DNA from: Neoechinorhynchus agilis
Lineage: Eukaryota > Animalia > Acanthocephala
DNA: 64,000 bases
Assembly (NCBI GenBank): GCA_051530055.1
Contig: CM121341.1
Location: forward strand, 9,216,784 to 9,280,783
Direction of reading: 5' to 3'
A program made the position numbers and the translations under genes. The notes beneath the pieces were generated by a model, which saw nothing but the letters and a program-made list of their open reading frames with translations, was not told the origin of the DNA and searched no databases. Below are positions 61,875 through 64,000 of this stretch, in pieces. Position 1 is the stretch's first letter. Each line of letters opens with the position of its first letter.

Positions 61875-64000
61875 ATGGCAAATAAAATCATCCATCTGAT
61901 CTTATTTGTTTGTGTTACATTTACTTGCCTGGGTTCGATGAAAAATCTATATCGAGTACTCCGCCTTGATGATGTTAGCGAGGACGTCCCTTCGAAGACA
62001 ATCTTACGACTAAACGCTTGTGAGTTTGAACAATGTGATTATTTATTTTATGGGAAAGCCAATCGATCATGGAAGCAGTTAATCGATTTAAATCAGTCCA
62101 CCGGAGCGCTTTCGGTCAAAAACGTTTTGGATAGAGAATATTTGGTACATTCGCGATTATGTAATCAAGAAGATTGCATTCTACATTTTAACATTTACGA
62201 TCGACAAAATCAAAGACTAGAAATTGTTGAGATGAGAGTCATGGACGTCAACGATAATACTCCAGTGTTCGAAAAAAATCAATACGAAATTCAAATCAGC
62301 GAGAATGTGCCAATCGGCCACACCGTTTGGCTCCCAAAGGCTCGTGATCCGGACAGCGGCGAAAATTCTCGGTTGACATATTATTTGTTCGATTGGGACG
62401 ACGAATGCATCGGTATTTGCAATACGTTCTCCTATTCGAATTTGTTTCAAATTTTGATCGGAGATGACGAATTAAAAATTCGCGGAAAATTAGACTATGA
62501 AACAAGAACAAACTATAATCTCACATTAGTTGCTTCTGACAACGGAAATCCAAGAAGAAGCTCGTCAACAAAACTAATAATAAAAATTCTGGACGAAAAC
62601 GACAATCGCCCAATTTGCAAACCAGCCATTCACAATATAAGCATTCCTGAGGACCTTGAAATTTACTCGACTATTGGAAGAGTATTTGCAACGGACGCTG
62701 ATTCGCCGAGATTCGCTACTCTCAAATACGAAATCAGCGTGGTAGCCCCTGAGGAAGGCAATCAATTATTTTCGATTGATCCAGACAATGGAACAGTCTA
62801 TCTAACAGGAAAACTTGACCATAAAAAATGCTCACATTTCAAAATCTTCGTTGCCGTATTCGACGATGAGTATAGCGCTCCAACAATATGCATTTTATTT
62901 GTCGAGGTAACTGATGTTTATGATAGTCCGCCGGAGTACAGCATCAGTATCTATGAACCAGAACTTTCAATAAATGGAAGACAGACAATCAGCATCCGGG
63001 AAGATTGTCTCAAAGGACATTTAGTAGCGGTCATTGATTTAAATCGGAAAGGGAACGCTTTTCCGATAACTAATTATACCGTTTCCTGGAATTGCGATGC
63101 ATTAAAGGTGACTTATCACGACGAAGTTCGGAGGCATGTGATTACCGTCAATCGTTTGGATAGAGAAGAGAAATCTCTACATGATTGTTCACTAACAATA
63201 ACGGATCCATCGCCCTATAGATTAAGGACGATAGTTGAAATGTTCGTGGAAGTGACGGACGTTAACGACAATGCGCCAGTACCAAATTTCCCAGACAGAT
63301 TTTACATAACAGAGGATTTGAGGAAGCGTTCTCGACGGTAGCCGTATTGAATGCCACCGATGCTGAATATGAAGGACAAAACGGCGAATTGGTCTTTTCC
63401 TTGATCGTCGGAAACAGCACTGAGTTCGCCGTTGATCCAAACGGCAAACTAAAGACATTGAGGGACTTCGATAAGGAAAACGGTGATGAGTGTTTTCAAT
63501 TCGCTATTAAAATAGAAGATAAAGGTAATCCTCCTTTAAGTGTCCAAAAGCACGCAGAAGTGTGCATCTTGGACGTCAATGACAATATGCCGACGTTTAA
63601 AAGCAATATCTTTGTTTTTTCAGTAAAAGAAGACATTCAAATCGGTGAAGTAATTGGCGTTATCGAAGCTGAAGATAAAGATTCGTTCAGTAATGGACAA
63701 GTCGACATTTACGCGTGTCCTCAAAAGGACAAAACTTTCGATCATGAAACATTTCCATTTTCAATTGCATACGATGGAATTATCCGTACGAATTCCTATT
63801 TGAATTACGAAGAGCGCACTCAATACAATCTATCAGTTTGCATCAAGGACCTCGGTTTTCCACCTCGACATGGAAAACCTGCTCAAATCGTCATTAACAT
63901 AAAGAATATCAACGATCATTGTCCCCGGTTTATGTCCTTTAAACCGACTTTCTACTTCAACCGAGACTTAAAGCAGCAAACGCCTTTATATGTAACCGTA
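61875..64000 (+). CDS. Protocadherin copy 3, runs off the window; small insertions at 63327-63402 shift the frame
   Basis: Signal peptide + EC1-EC7 nearly identical to copy 1; +2, +3 and +3 nt insertions relative to copy 1. Confidence 0.88.

Noticed and set aside
1-64000. Prokaryotic or phage origin, tRNA/rRNA genes, spliced-leader RNA
   Set aside because: Spliceosomal introns and animal-type genes dominate; I saw no cloverleaf, rRNA or leader sequence by eye (no covariance search run).

Overview
AT-rich eukaryotic, most likely invertebrate metazoan, genomic DNA. It has 7-EC protocadherins, calpain, dymeclin, a clathrin remnant and mostly short (~30-55 nt) GT-AG introns; the organism cannot be named from sequence alone. 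Genes: a fused trehalose-6-P synthase/phosphatase that looks bacterial-type, two CD39/NTPDase-like paralogs with degenerate apyrase motifs, a calpain with two partial copies, dymeclin plus a HID1/dymeclin-like N-terminal fragment, three near-identical protocadherin copies, ubiquitin-like genes, a multi-exon coiled-coil gene and an orphan, probably secreted, family. About half the window is repetitive: nucleosome-sized satellites, a 9+ unit Penelope GIY-YIG/hammerhead array, a 5.2 kb satellite apparently derived from decayed STPR-like 22-23-codon repeats, CRE-type, CR1/L2-like and Gypsy fragments, and fold-back insertions. The most striking signal is a set of gene interruptions (TPS x2, NTPDase x2-4) that restore conserved motifs only if removed at non-GT-AG boundaries. 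They are bounded by inverted repeats, one 770-nt intron folds as a single nested hairpin, and several have 2-nt direct repeats, suggesting structure-defined, possibly transposon-derived, non-canonical introns. Canonical alternatives exist for some and isolated 1-nt indels suggest assembly errors, so RNA evidence is needed.
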